Below are positions 1 through 9,823 of a stretch of 32,000 nucleotides of DNA, in pieces. Both the position numbers and the translations under genes were made by a program. The notes under the pieces are model-generated. The model saw only the letters and a program-made list of their open reading frames with translations. It was not told the origin of the DNA and searched no databases. The stretch lies in contig NZ_CP065936.1 in the NCBI RefSeq assembly GCF_003367075.2, forward strand, positions 450,001 to 482,000, given 5' to 3'. This DNA comes from Cylindrospermopsis raciborskii Cr2010. GTDB taxonomy: Bacteria > Cyanobacteriota > Cyanobacteriia > Cyanobacteriales > Nostocaceae. Each line of letters opens with the position of its first letter. Position 1 is the stretch's first letter.

Positions 1-1
1 T

Positions 2-517
2 ACCTGTTTTACTTTTCATAAAGATGATCAGGTGACAGCTAACCCTCTGGCAATCAGTATGGATACGATGTTTGACCTGGAAGATAACTTGCTATTGTTT
101 TTTACGGGCTTTTCTCGTAGTGCTAGTGGCATTCTCAAAGACCAAAAGGAGCGCACCCAAAAAAGTGATAGCGATATGCTGGCTAATCTACATTACGTAA
201 AGGATTTAGGATATCGTAGTAAAGCAGCTCTTGAGTCGGGTGATACCTACCTTTTTGGGCAACTAATGCATGAACACTGGGAACATAAAAAGAAACGCTC
301 CGGGGGAATGAGTAACCCTCAAATTGATGAGTGGTACCAATTGGCCATGAATAATGGTGCCATAGGTGGCAAGTTGGTTGGCGCTGGTGGCGGCGGATTT
401 CTGATGTTTATGGCAAGCGATCGCAATAAGCTACGTCACGCCATGACAAATGCTGGACTAGAAGAAGTTAGGTTCGGTTTTGATTTTGAGGGCACCAAAG
501 TGGTGTTGACATCCTGA
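2..517 (+). CDS. hddA: GHMP-family sugar kinase, C-terminal part (5' end lies outside the window); likely D-glycero-alpha-D-manno-heptose-7-phosphate kinase
   Basis: The frame is open from nt 2, so the GTG at 32 is only the track's start. It has a GHMP motif-3-like GGKLVGAGGGGFLMF. Its stop overlaps the next start (TGATG at 515-519). It sits next to gmhA/gmhB-like genes. Confidence 0.6.
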   Translation, partial: TCFTFHKDDQVTANPLAISMDTMFDLEDNLLLFFTGFSRSASGILKDQKERTQKSDSDMLANLHYVKDLGYRSKAALESGDTYLFGQLMHEHWEHKKKRSGGMSNPQIDEWYQLAMNNGAIGGKLVGAGGGGFLMFMASDRNKLRHAMTNAGLEEVRFGFDFEGTKVVLTS

Positions 518-1215
518 TGCTTCCAGTAGCTATTCTTGCAGGTGGATTGGCCACTAGGCTACGTCCAATTACTGAAAAAATTCCCAAGTCTCTTGTTCCC
601 GTTGCTGGTAAGCCTTTTATTTGTCACCAGTTAAATTACCTGCGTGAACAGGGACTAGAGAAAGTTGTCCTGTGTATTGGTTATCTGGGAGAGATGATCC
701 AAGAAGTGGTAGGAAACGGGGAAAATTTCGGTCTAAGTGTTAATTACTCTCTCGATGGCTCAGTGCTTTTAGGAACCGGAGGCGCTTTAAAACAAGCCTT
801 ACCTCTCCTCGGAGATGAATTTTTTGTTCTATATGGTGACAGTTTTTTGCCTATAGATTTTTCAGCGGTGGAAAATTTTTTCCTAAGTTGTAATAAACCA
901 GCCTTGATGACCATTCTACGTAATGCCAATCAGTGGGACAAGAGTAATGTTATTTTTCGCAATGGAACTCTAGAAGAGTACAATAAGAGTATATATCGTA
1001 CGGACATGGAGTTTATTGACTATGGACTGGGCATCTTGTCTAGATCCGTTCTGGATAAATATCCCATAGCTCAGCCCTTTGATCTGGCAGATGTATACCA
1101 TTCTCTTTCTACGGAAGGAAATCTACTGGGATACCAAGTTCACGAGCGTTTTTATGAAATAGGATCCACTGTGGGTCTTCAAGAAACTGAGACTTACTTT
1201 TTAAGAAAACTTTAG
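517..1215 (+). CDS. hddC: Sugar-1-phosphate nucleotidylyltransferase, likely heptose-1-phosphate guanylyltransferase
   Basis: The N-terminus AILAGGLATRLRPITEKIPKSLVPVAGKPF matches the NTP-transferase G-x-G-x-R-L signature. It is translationally coupled to the kinase and has heptose-pathway neighbours. Confidence 0.6.
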   Translation: MLPVAILAGGLATRLRPITEKIPKSLVPVAGKPFICHQLNYLREQGLEKVVLCIGYLGEMIQEVVGNGENFGLSVNYSLDGSVLLGTGGALKQALPLLGDEFFVLYGDSFLPIDFSAVENFFLSCNKPALMTILRNANQWDKSNVIFRNGTLEEYNKSIYRTDMEFIDYGLGILSRSVLDKYPIAQPFDLADVYHSLSTEGNLLGYQVHERFYEIGSTVGLQETETYFLRKL

Positions 1216-1229
1216 GAGATAACAACACC

Positions 1230-1829
1230 ATGACCTACGCACAACAACATTTAGAAGAAGCTACACGCATTCTTGAAAAGATAGATTTTAATACTGTTGA
1301 ACAAGTAGCTGACATTTTAGCATCTGTCAAAGCAGAAGAAGGCAGAATATTCTTTCTTGGTGTTGGTGGCAGTGCAGGTAATTGTTCTCATGCGGTTAAC
1401 GACTTTCGTAAAATAGTTGGCATTGAATCATACGCGCCCACAGATAATGTTTCCGAATTAACAGCACGAGTGAATGATGAGGGCTGGGCAACAATCTTTG
1501 TCGAGTGGCTAAAAACCAGCAAGTTGAAGACAAAAGACTGTATTTTCGTATTTTCCGTGGGAGGGGGTAATCTGGAAAAAAACATTAGTCCCAATCTCGT
1601 GGAAGCACTGAAATATGCGGAGACAGTAGGTGCCAAAATTACGGGTGTTGTTGGTCGGGATGGTGGCTATACTGCAAAAGTAGCGGATGCCTGTGTTATT
1701 ATTCCCACAGTAAATCCAGATACTATTACTCCCCATTCTGAAGCGTTCCAGGCAGTTATCTGGCATTTGCTGGTATCCCATCCCAAACTCAAAGCTAATC
1801 AAACAAAGTGGGAATCAACCGTTAAGTGA
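1230..1829 (+). CDS. gmhA: SIS-domain sedoheptulose-7-phosphate isomerase-like protein
   Basis: SIS-like FFLGVGGSAGNCSHAVNDFRK and FVFSVGGGN motifs at ~200 aa. A GTGA overlap joins it to the downstream phosphatase. Confidence 0.6.
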   Translation: MTYAQQHLEEATRILEKIDFNTVEQVADILASVKAEEGRIFFLGVGGSAGNCSHAVNDFRKIVGIESYAPTDNVSELTARVNDEGWATIFVEWLKTSKLKTKDCIFVFSVGGGNLEKNISPNLVEALKYAETVGAKITGVVGRDGGYTAKVADACVIIPTVNPDTITPHSEAFQAVIWHLLVSHPKLKANQTKWESTVK

Positions 1830-2383
1830 ATCAAGCACATAAAGCCGTATTTCTCGACCGAGATGGTGTGATTAATAGGGCCCTAGTCAAGCAGGGAAAA
1901 CCCTATCCCCCTTCTACCATCGATGAGCTTGAGATTCTACCCGGTGTTGATGAAGCATTAAGTTCTCTAAAAAGAGAGGGCTTTCTTCTTATTGTAGTCA
2001 CTAATCAACCAGATGTGGCTAGAGGTAAAACTAAAAGAGAGTTTGTAGATGCAATTAATTCTAGATTGGCTAGTAGTTTACCAATAGATGAGTTTTGTAC
2101 CTGCTTCCATGATGATTCTGACAATTGTGACTGTCGGAAGCCAAAGGCGGGTTCACTATTCTCAGCTGCGACAAGACACGACATCTGTCTGACCTCTAGC
2201 TTTATGGTGGGAGATCGTTGGAGAGACATAGAAGCTGGGTATGGAGCTGGGTGTAGAACCATATTTATTGACTATGGTTACGAAGAAAAACAACCTGATC
2301 GTTTTGACTTCAGGGTCAGTTCCCTTTTTGAAGCTGCTAGAATAATTCTGAAAACTCCGGAGAAATTTGATGAAAAGGATTGA
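1826..2383 (+). CDS. gmhB: HAD-IIIA D,D-heptose 1,7-bisphosphate phosphatase
   Basis: HAD motifs FLDRDGVIN, VVTNQPDVARG and MVGDRWRDIEAG. It also has the GmhB-type Zn motif CTCFHDDSDNCDCRKPKAG. Confidence 0.75.
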   Translation: MNQAHKAVFLDRDGVINRALVKQGKPYPPSTIDELEILPGVDEALSSLKREGFLLIVVTNQPDVARGKTKREFVDAINSRLASSLPIDEFCTCFHDDSDNCDCRKPKAGSLFSAATRHDICLTSSFMVGDRWRDIEAGYGAGCRTIFIDYGYEEKQPDRFDFRVSSLFEAARIILKTPEKFDEKD

Positions 2384-3086
2384 CGAACTACAGACCAAGA
2401 TATTTGCCGATGGAGCGGATAAAGCGGGAATGTTGGAAATGTATGAAAAATCCTATATCAAAGGACTTACAACCAATCCTACCCTAATGAGAAAGGCGGG
2501 AATTACCGACTACAAAAGTTTCTGCAAAGACATTCTTCTTTCCATAAAAGATAAACCACTTTCTTTTGAAGTATTCTCCGATGAATTTGAGGAAATGGAG
2601 CGACAAGCTCTTGAGATTTCTAGTTGGGCTGATAATGTTTACGTTAAAATACCGATTACAAATACAAGAGCTGAACCCAGTTATGAACTTGTCGCCAAAT
2701 TGTCTGACAAAGGCGTTAAGTTGAATGTCACTGCACTTATGTCACTGACACAGGTTCGTGATGTTATTTCCGCTCTCAACCCTCACGTACCTAGCTATGT
2801 TTCAATCTTTGCCGGCAGAATTGCTGATACAGGTCGTGACCCGTTGCCAATTATGGCAGCAGCTATAGAATTGTTAAAGATGACCCCCCAGGCTGAGTTA
2901 ATATGGGCCAGTCCCAGAGAGCTACTCAATATATTCCAGGCCGATGCCATAGGTTGTCATGTAATTACAGTCACGAATGATATACTGAAAAAATTGACAC
3001 TTGTCGGATATGATTTGCAACTCTTTTCTTTAGATACAGTCAAAATGTTTTATGATGATGCTTTAAAAGCCGGTTACACTCTCTAA
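2370..3086 (+). CDS. Transaldolase / fructose-6-phosphate aldolase family protein (short type)
   Basis: KIFADGAD at the N-terminus, a TTNPTLM motif and VKIPIT at ~238 aa. The ATG at 2370 is preferred over the TTG at 2367. It overlaps the end of gmhB by 14 nt. Confidence 0.65.
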   Translation: MKRIDELQTKIFADGADKAGMLEMYEKSYIKGLTTNPTLMRKAGITDYKSFCKDILLSIKDKPLSFEVFSDEFEEMERQALEISSWADNVYVKIPITNTRAEPSYELVAKLSDKGVKLNVTALMSLTQVRDVISALNPHVPSYVSIFAGRIADTGRDPLPIMAAAIELLKMTPQAELIWASPRELLNIFQADAIGCHVITVTNDILKKLTLVGYDLQLFSLDTVKMFYDDALKAGYTL

Positions 3087-3096
3087 TAAAACTATC

Positions 3097-3140
3097 TAGG
3101 AAGAGCTGTTCAATCAATAAACCATACTAAGCTCTTCCTA
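3097..3140 (+). terminator. Candidate stem-loop terminator after the heptose/transaldolase genes
   Basis: A perfect 11-bp inverted repeat, taggaagagct (3097-3107) / agctcttccta (3130-3140), followed by ttattctt. The 22-nt loop is long for an intrinsic terminator. Confidence 0.35.
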
Positions 3141-3189
3141 TTATTCTTAACAACACTTAACAACCGTAGTGCATAACCCAAAAAAGTAA

Positions 3190-4194
3190 ATGAGTAAAGA
3201 AAAAATAACTACAGTTAGTATTGTCATTACAACATTCAATGAAGGTGAAAACCTGGATTATTTGTTAAGAGACATCAGCAAACAGGAAGTTGATGGATTG
3301 AAAGTAGAAATAATACTTTTAGAAGCTGGTAGTTATAGTGAAGAAAGAGCAGTTTACTACTTGGGTGATTTGGGTAAGTATCTGAAATTTATACACGCTC
3401 CCAATCTTTCCAGGACAAAATCCTTAAACAAATTATTTGAATTATCAGAGGGAGAATTAATTATTAGACTTGATGCACGTTCTCATATCGCATCGGACTA
3501 TATTAAGCGGATAGTTCAACTTTCCTCTGACAGTGGAGCTGAGAATGTAGGTGGTGTGATGTCTCCCATTGGGAGAACTCCCGATCAACAGTTAATTGCT
3601 GATATTATGAGACATCCATTCTCTTTTGGTGGAGCCAAGTTTAGAAATCATTCTTATTCTGGACTGGTTGACTCTGTTTATCTTGGTGCATTTAGAAAAA
3701 GTATATGTAAGTTTAATGCTAATTGGTTCGATGAGGTACATCCTGGAATTAGTGAAGATTCCGACCTAAATTATAGGATCAGGAGAAACGGAGGAAAGGT
3801 GTACATGGATTCTAGTATAATAGTGCAGTATTTTCCCAGAGAAAACTTAAGCAAGTTCTTCAAACTTTGTTTTAACTTTGGTGTGGGAAGAGGACTTTTC
3901 CTTTGTAAATATCGGACTCTTACAGCTATAAGACAAATATTCCCCATCGCTGTTGTGTTTTTAATACTCTTTCTTGGAGCATTTGGTTTTTACCATATTA
4001 TTTTCCATCATATTCTAATAGGGCTATTTTTGGTTTATGGACTTCTTGTAACATTTTTCTCTATTTCTCTCAAAAAGGATCTGTTGTTTACAATTAAGGC
4101 AATAATTGGTTTCTCTGGATGCCATTTTTTCTATTCTTTTGGAATTTTACTTAGTCCTTATTACTACATTCAAAATCTACGATTTAGTTCATAA
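3190..4194 (+). CDS. Family-2 glycosyltransferase with a C-terminal membrane domain
   Basis: VSIVITTFNEGENL at the N-terminus, RLDARSH, and a hydrophobic C-terminal third (IFPIAVVFLILFLGAFGFY...). Confidence 0.7.
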   Translation: MSKEKITTVSIVITTFNEGENLDYLLRDISKQEVDGLKVEIILLEAGSYSEERAVYYLGDLGKYLKFIHAPNLSRTKSLNKLFELSEGELIIRLDARSHIASDYIKRIVQLSSDSGAENVGGVMSPIGRTPDQQLIADIMRHPFSFGGAKFRNHSYSGLVDSVYLGAFRKSICKFNANWFDEVHPGISEDSDLNYRIRRNGGKVYMDSSIIVQYFPRENLSKFFKLCFNFGVGRGLFLCKYRTLTAIRQIFPIAVVFLILFLGAFGFYHIIFHHILIGLFLVYGLLVTFFSISLKKDLLFTIKAIIGFSGCHFFYSFGILLSPYYYIQNLRFSS

Positions 4195-4368
4195 CAATTA
4201 AAAACTCTGGCATGCTCGTGATCTGAGTTACAAACTCATACATGAACTAGTACATATCCAGTCAATAATAATAGCCCTTGCCATAACTCCTTACTTGTGC
4301 CATCCTGTTTATAATTAGAACCCACTTTCAGCCCAGTTGTTATACTGGTATCCTCTAAATAGCCCATA

Positions 4369-5799
4369 ATGAGATACATGCTAGAAGTAAAACTTGAAAA
4401 TCCCAGATTAAAAATCAATGCTTCCAGAGTCAGCAAAATCTCGCGCTTAATCGCCCCAATTATCTTGACCGCTGACCTCTTTGGACTAGTTATTTCCCTA
4501 GCACTAACATCCTATTTAAGGCTTGGACACGTACAACTCATACTCAACCCAACCACATGGGCATTTGTCTTCCTAATTCTTACAGGGATGTACTTACTAG
4601 ATACATACCATCCCAATAAGCAAATTGCCGGAATGCGAGCTGGGGCCAGGGTCATCGTTAGCAACTCTACCACTGCTCTCCTCTGCTCGCTGTTAATTTA
4701 TCTCGCCAACTCCTGGCAAAAAGATTTATCCTTAGACCCAATAACCTTTCTAATTAGCTTAGTCGCTTTTACAATCTGGGCTATCAATATCCGACTATTG
4801 GCAGCTCAGTGGGAGCGATCGCACGTACAAAATTCCTATTGGCTAATGCTGGGCGCTGGGGATAGGTCTATGAAATTTGCCGACATTTTCTCCCAGACCA
4901 AGCATAGTGGACAATTGATAGTCCTAACGGAAAATCCCTATATACCTAAGCTCAATGGCATGGACCCTCCACTCATCTTAGACAAACTAGATAATCTGCC
5001 CAATTGGGCTGACCAAAAGTGGTCTGGAGTAGTTGTGGGAGATGGCATAGATATATCTGATAACTTACATCAGACATTGATGAAACTTCGCCTACAGGGC
5101 ATTCCAGTGTATAGACTGCCTGATGCTTGTGAAGAACTATGTTGGAAAATCTCCCCCTCTTTGCTAGAAGATCATTGGTTCGCCTTCAGTAGTGGGTTCA
5201 ATTTGGTCTCCGGTAGTCTGAGAATTAGGGTTAAACGTGTCATCGATATTGTCCTAGCGACTCTATTACTAGTAACACTGTTTCCAATTATGGTAGTGGT
5301 GGGAATCTTGATTAAATTGGAGAGTCCCGGACCCATTTTCTATAGCCAGATCCGCACAGGACTCCATGGCAACCCATTTCGAGTGTACAAATTCCGCTCC
5401 ATGTATAAGGATGCGGAAAAAAGAGGGGCCCAATGGGCAAGTGAACGGGATCCCCGGATTACCAAGGTTGGTTACTGGTTGAGGATCTTACGCATTGACG
5501 AACTACCACAAATTTTGAATGTGTTACGGGGAGAAATGAGTCTGATTGGTCCCCGTCCAGAAAGACCAGAATTTGATATCAAGCTGAAAGAGGCCATTCC
5601 TTACTACGAATTGCGTTATCTGGTCAAACCGGGAATTACTGGTTGGGCTCAGGTTCTCTATCCTTATGGAGCTTCCTTGGAGGATTCCTATGAAAAACTG
5701 GCTTATGACCTCTACTACATCAAAAATTATTCTCTATGGTTAGACTTTGCTATCATTTTCAAAACCATCAGAGTGGTCTTTTTAGGTAAAGGTAGATGA
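4369..5799 (+). CDS. Polyprenyl-phosphate glycosyl-phosphotransferase (WbaP/EPS-initiating sugar transferase family)
   Basis: N-terminal TM helices. The C-terminal bacterial sugar-transferase motifs are PGPIFYSQIRTGLHGNPFRVYKFRSM, DELPQILNVLRGEMSLIGPRPERP and PGITGWAQV. Confidence 0.8.
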   Translation: MRYMLEVKLENPRLKINASRVSKISRLIAPIILTADLFGLVISLALTSYLRLGHVQLILNPTTWAFVFLILTGMYLLDTYHPNKQIAGMRAGARVIVSNSTTALLCSLLIYLANSWQKDLSLDPITFLISLVAFTIWAINIRLLAAQWERSHVQNSYWLMLGAGDRSMKFADIFSQTKHSGQLIVLTENPYIPKLNGMDPPLILDKLDNLPNWADQKWSGVVVGDGIDISDNLHQTLMKLRLQGIPVYRLPDACEELCWKISPSLLEDHWFAFSSGFNLVSGSLRIRVKRVIDIVLATLLLVTLFPIMVVVGILIKLESPGPIFYSQIRTGLHGNPFRVYKFRSMYKDAEKRGAQWASERDPRITKVGYWLRILRIDELPQILNVLRGEMSLIGPRPERPEFDIKLKEAIPYYELRYLVKPGITGWAQVLYPYGASLEDSYEKLAYDLYYIKNYSLWLDFAIIFKTIRVVFLGKGR

Positions 5800-6779
5800 A
5801 TAAAAAGGTTTTAGTGACTGGGGGTGCAGGCTATATTGGCTCCCATGTGGTGCTTCAGTTAGCTGAATCGGGATATGATATAGTAGTATATGATAATTGC
5901 TCCACTGGTACGCCTGATTCCGTACTTCATGGGGAGCTAGTTATTGGTGATTTATCAGATATAGACCGACTTTACCAAATATTTAGCCAGCACAGATTTA
6001 GTGCAGTATTACATTTTGCAGCCAGTTTAGTGGTTCCAGAGTCCGTAGCCCATCCCCTAGACTACTATACTAACAACACCCGTAACACACTCAACCTGCT
6101 ACGGTGCTGTAGTGTGATGGGAGTCAACCAGTTTGTTTTTTCCAGCACAGCTGCAGTTTATGGACAACCCCAGGAAAATCCCGTAACAGAAGAGAGTCCT
6201 ACCTCACCCATTAATCCTTACGGTCGTTCCAAGCTGATGAGCGAGTGGATAATTCAGGATCATGGATTGGCATCTGATTTTCGCTACGTAATTTTACGGT
6301 ACTTTAATGTTGCTGGAGCCGATTCCCGGGGGAGACTTGGTTCCAACTCACCCCATGCCAACCACCTAATTGCCAATGCTTGTAATGTGGCACTGAAACG
6401 CCAACCGGAACTCAAGATTTTCGGTGTGGATTTTCCCACTGTGGATGGTACGGGAGTGCGTGATTATATTCATGTAGAAGATTTAGCTTCAGCCCATGTG
6501 GATGCCTTGAAGTATTTGGAGAATAATGGAACGTCCCAAATTTTAAACTGTGGGTACGGTAAAGGTTATAGTGTGTTGCAAGTAGTAGAAAGAATCAGAG
6601 CTATTTCTGGGATGGATATTCCCATAACCATAGCCAGTCGTCGTCCGGGGGATCCAGCTTGTGTGACTGCTCATGCACAGAAGATTAAGCAAGTTCTCAA
6701 TTGGGAACCTAAGTATGATAACCTGGATGATATAATATCTACCACTCTGGATTGGGAAAAAAGTAAAGCCACCAGGTAA
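5796..6779 (+). CDS. galE: UDP-glucose 4-epimerase (SDR family)
   Basis: VLVTGGAGYIGSH Rossmann motif, a YGRSK catalytic motif and RYFNVAGA. An ATGA overlap joins it to the upstream transferase. Confidence 0.8.
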   Translation: MNKKVLVTGGAGYIGSHVVLQLAESGYDIVVYDNCSTGTPDSVLHGELVIGDLSDIDRLYQIFSQHRFSAVLHFAASLVVPESVAHPLDYYTNNTRNTLNLLRCCSVMGVNQFVFSSTAAVYGQPQENPVTEESPTSPINPYGRSKLMSEWIIQDHGLASDFRYVILRYFNVAGADSRGRLGSNSPHANHLIANACNVALKRQPELKIFGVDFPTVDGTGVRDYIHVEDLASAHVDALKYLENNGTSQILNCGYGKGYSVLQVVERIRAISGMDIPITIASRRPGDPACVTAHAQKIKQVLNWEPKYDNLDDIISTTLDWEKSKATR

Positions 6780-6961
6780 GTGATTGTTTTAAATTGGACT
6801 CCGTCATTTTTTGCCTTATTCGTGTAAGCTTGACAAGCTCAAGGGATCCAGTAAATTCATTCCCTGGATCAAAGCCCAAGTTGATTGAAAACCGACTAGT
6901 TTTGTCGGATTGTGGGTTGATTGAACCCAATATATGTTTCATCAATTATGTTGTATGTAAC

Positions 6962-8927
6962 CCCTGGAGACAGTCTCCAGGTGTGGTTTAATTCAAACAA
7001 TCCCGGTTAATTCCGTGTGCTTCCCAATCGCCCTCTTAATTTGAGTTAAAATAAAATGCGATCGCATTCCCATGGGGGTATTGTGTTTCGTGTGTGAATC
7101 ACAGACTTCTGCAAGGAGATAAATTCATTCCCTTAGAAATTGACTGGGAACTTGGATGATGATGGCGAGCTCCTGTAGGGAGTGGTTTGCAATTGTATTT
7201 ATACATATCCTGTTGGTTTGTTGGGTTTCGTTCCTCAACCCAACCTACGATTACACGCTACAAAACTAGTCGGTTTTGAACCGACTTGAGCTTTGAGACC
7301 GGGAATTGATTCCAGGTCTACCCCACGGACAGTCTCCAGGTGTGGTTTAATTCAAACAATCCCGGTTAATTCCGTGTGCTTCCCGATCGCCCTCTTAATT
7401 TGAGTTAAAGTAAAATGCGATCGCATTCCCATGGGGGTATTGTGTTTCGTGTGTGAATCACAGACTTCTGCAAGGAGATAAATTCATTCCCTTAGAAATT
7501 GACTGGGAACTTGGATGATGATGGCGAGCTCCTGTAGGGAGTGGTTTGCAATTGTATTTATACATATCCTGTTGGTTTGTTGGGTTTCGTTCCTCAACCC
7601 AACCTACGATTACACGCTACAAAACCAGTCGGTTTTGAACCGACTTGAGCTTTGAGACCGGGAATTGATTCCAGGTCTACCCCACGGACAGTCTCCAGGT
7701 GTGGTTTAATTCAAACAATCCCGGTTAATTCCGTGTGCTTCCCGATCGCCCTCTTAATTTGAGTTAAAGTAAAATGCGATCGCATTCCCATGGGGGTATT
7801 GTGTTTCGTGTGTGAATCACAGACTTCTGCAAGGAGATAAATTCATTCCCTTAGAAATTGACTGGGAACTTGGATGATGATGGCGAGCTCCTGTAGGGAG
7901 TGGTTTGCAATTGTATTTATACATATCCTGTTGGTTTGTTGGGTTTCGTTCCTCAACCCAACCTACGATTACACGCTACAAAACTAGTCGGTTTTGAACC
8001 GACTTGAGCTTTGAGACCGGGAATTGATTCCAGGTCTACCCCACGGACAGTCTCCAGGTGTGGTTTAATTCAAACAATCCCGGTTAATTCCGTGTGCTTC
8101 CCGATCGCCCTCTTAATTTGAGTTAAAGTAAAATGCGATCGCATTCCCATGGGGGTATTGTGTTTCGTGTGTGAATCACAGACTTCTGCAAGGAGATAAA
8201 TTCATTCCCTTAGAAATTGACTGGGAACTTGGATGATGATGGCGAGCTCCTGTAGGGAGTGGTTTGCAATTGTATTTATACATATCCTGTTGGTTTGTTG
8301 GGTTTCGTTCCTCAACCCAACCTACGATTACACGCTACAAAACCAGTCGGTTTTGAACCGACTTGAGCTTTGAGACCGGGAATTGATTCCAGGTCTACCC
8401 CACGGACAGTCTCCAGGTGTGGTTTAATTCAAACAATCCCGGTTAATTCCGTGTGCTTCCCGATCGCCCTCTTAATTTGAGTTAAAGTAAAATGCGATCG
8501 CATTCCCATGGGGGTATTGTGTTTCGTGTGTGAATCACAGACTTCTGCAAGGAGATAAATTCATTCCCTTAGAAATTGACTGGGAACTTGGATGATGATG
8601 GCGAGCTCCTGTAGGGAGTGGTTTGCAATTGTATTTATACATATCCTGTTGGTTTGTTGGGTTTCGTTCCTCAACCCAACCTACGATTACACGCTACAAA
8701 ACCAGTCGGTTTTGAACCGAGTTGAGCTTTGAGACCGGGAATTGATTCCGGGTCTCCCCCACGGACAGTCTCCAGGTGTGGTTTAATTCAAACAATCCCG
8801 GTTAATTCCGTGTGCTTCCCAATCGCCCTCTTAATTTGAGTTAAAGTAAAATGCGATCGCATTCCCATGGGGGTATTGTGTTTCGTGTGTGAATCACAGA
8901 CTTCTGCAAGGAGATAAATTCATTCCC
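6962..8927. repeat. Tandem array of a 359-bp unit, about 5.5 copies, non-coding
   Basis: The anchor cagtctccaggtgtgg starts at 6971, 7330, 7689, 8048, 8407 and 8766, an exact 359-bp period. Copies differ by only a few SNPs. The track shows no ORF of 60 aa or more between 6991 and 8954. Confidence 0.95.
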
Positions 8928-8953
8928 CTAAATAAATGTTATCATAGCTGCAA

Positions 8954-9568
8954 CTAAAATCTGGTAATTACTCCCCTCACTGAATGAGCTAAAATACCCA
9001 TTATTTTCGATAAATTGTCTAAATAATATTCAGTCAAATCAATCCACACATTGCGATCGCATAGTTTCAAGAACTTCCAAATAGTTCCCGATGTTACAGC
9101 ACCATGAATTTCCTTAATTTCGTTCTCTTCTTGAAGATTAAAATATTGTGCTGCAATCATTTCAGCTATACATTGTCCTAATCCAGCATTTAAATCCTCT
9201 TTTTTGGCTTCCACCAAAGTAATAATTGGCGCGGTGACTAGCAATAAATCATCGGAATAGGTGATTAAAAAATCACAATTGCCATTCAAACCTTGGGAGG
9301 AATCAACCGTAAAATTAACCCCAGAAAACACACCAATATGGTTAGAAAATTGCCTGCGCAAATCGACTAAAATTGGGGCAATCAGCATCTCAGATCGAGA
9401 TTTTTCCGTGTTACTAGCTAATGCTAGGGGAATGTTTTCCTCAAGGATCTCACCCAGTAAAGCACTGGGTGCAAATTCTGGACATTGAGCAAATAAATGG
9501 GCTTTTTCAATTAAATTAAGCCCAAAAGCTTTTTTGACAGATACAAGACTAAAATCACTATAAGCCAT
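8954..9568 (-). CDS. Conserved cyanobacterial hypothetical protein with a PD-(D/E)XK-like core
   Basis: 204-aa ORF with a D...EAK arrangement (CDFLITY ... LVEAKKEDL ... GQCIAEM). It resembles, from memory, a widespread cyanobacterial family. A TATAAT lies 8 nt upstream of the ATG. Confidence 0.5.
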   Translation of the reverse strand: MAYSDFSLVSVKKAFGLNLIEKAHLFAQCPEFAPSALLGEILEENIPLALASNTEKSRSEMLIAPILVDLRRQFSNHIGVFSGVNFTVDSSQGLNGNCDFLITYSDDLLLVTAPIITLVEAKKEDLNAGLGQCIAEMIAAQYFNLQEENEIKEIHGAVTSGTIWKFLKLCDRNVWIDLTEYYLDNLSKIMGILAHSVRGVITRF

Positions 9569-9715
9569 GTTACCATATTATAATACGTAAAGTTTAGTAT
9601 GGTCTTTTTCATTCAGTTTAAAACCGAATTTAGCTCCCTAAGCTCAATCTTGCCCAACCTTAGAAATTTGACTCACTATCTGTTTTCTCCTCGAGAAACA
9701 TACTTAGTACCTTGT

Positions 9716-9823
9716 GTGAGTGGAATTAAACATAGGATTAACGTAGGTTGGGTTGAGGAGTGCGAAACCCAACAAATCAACAGGATATATATAAATGCGA
9801 TTGGGAAGCACACAGAATTAACT
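9716..9823. repeat. Mosaic of small dispersed repeats (partial copy of the 359-bp unit family)
   Basis: gtgagtggaattaaaca...cgtaggttgggttgagg..gaaacccaaca...gcgattgggaagcacacagaattaac matches segments of the array unit (inverted) and of 17311-17760 and 29970-30036. Confidence 0.8.

Noticed and set aside
4236-4436. 66-aa ORF (-) between the GT2 and the sugar transferase
   Set aside because: It overlaps the 5' end of the well-supported transferase gene on the opposite strand. No motif is present.
6739-6991. Track ORFs 6739-6945 (-) and 6794-6991 (+) downstream of galE
   Set aside because: They overlap each other on opposite strands. They lie in hairpin-rich intergenic sequence (gatccag...ctggatc, ctggagacagtctccag) and run into the repeat array. 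No recognisable motifs are present.
6962-8927. Possible CRISPR array, because of regularly spaced repeats
   Set aside because: The whole 359-bp unit repeats, with no unique spacers between short repeats. No cas genes are present in the window, and the unit length is far outside CRISPR geometry.
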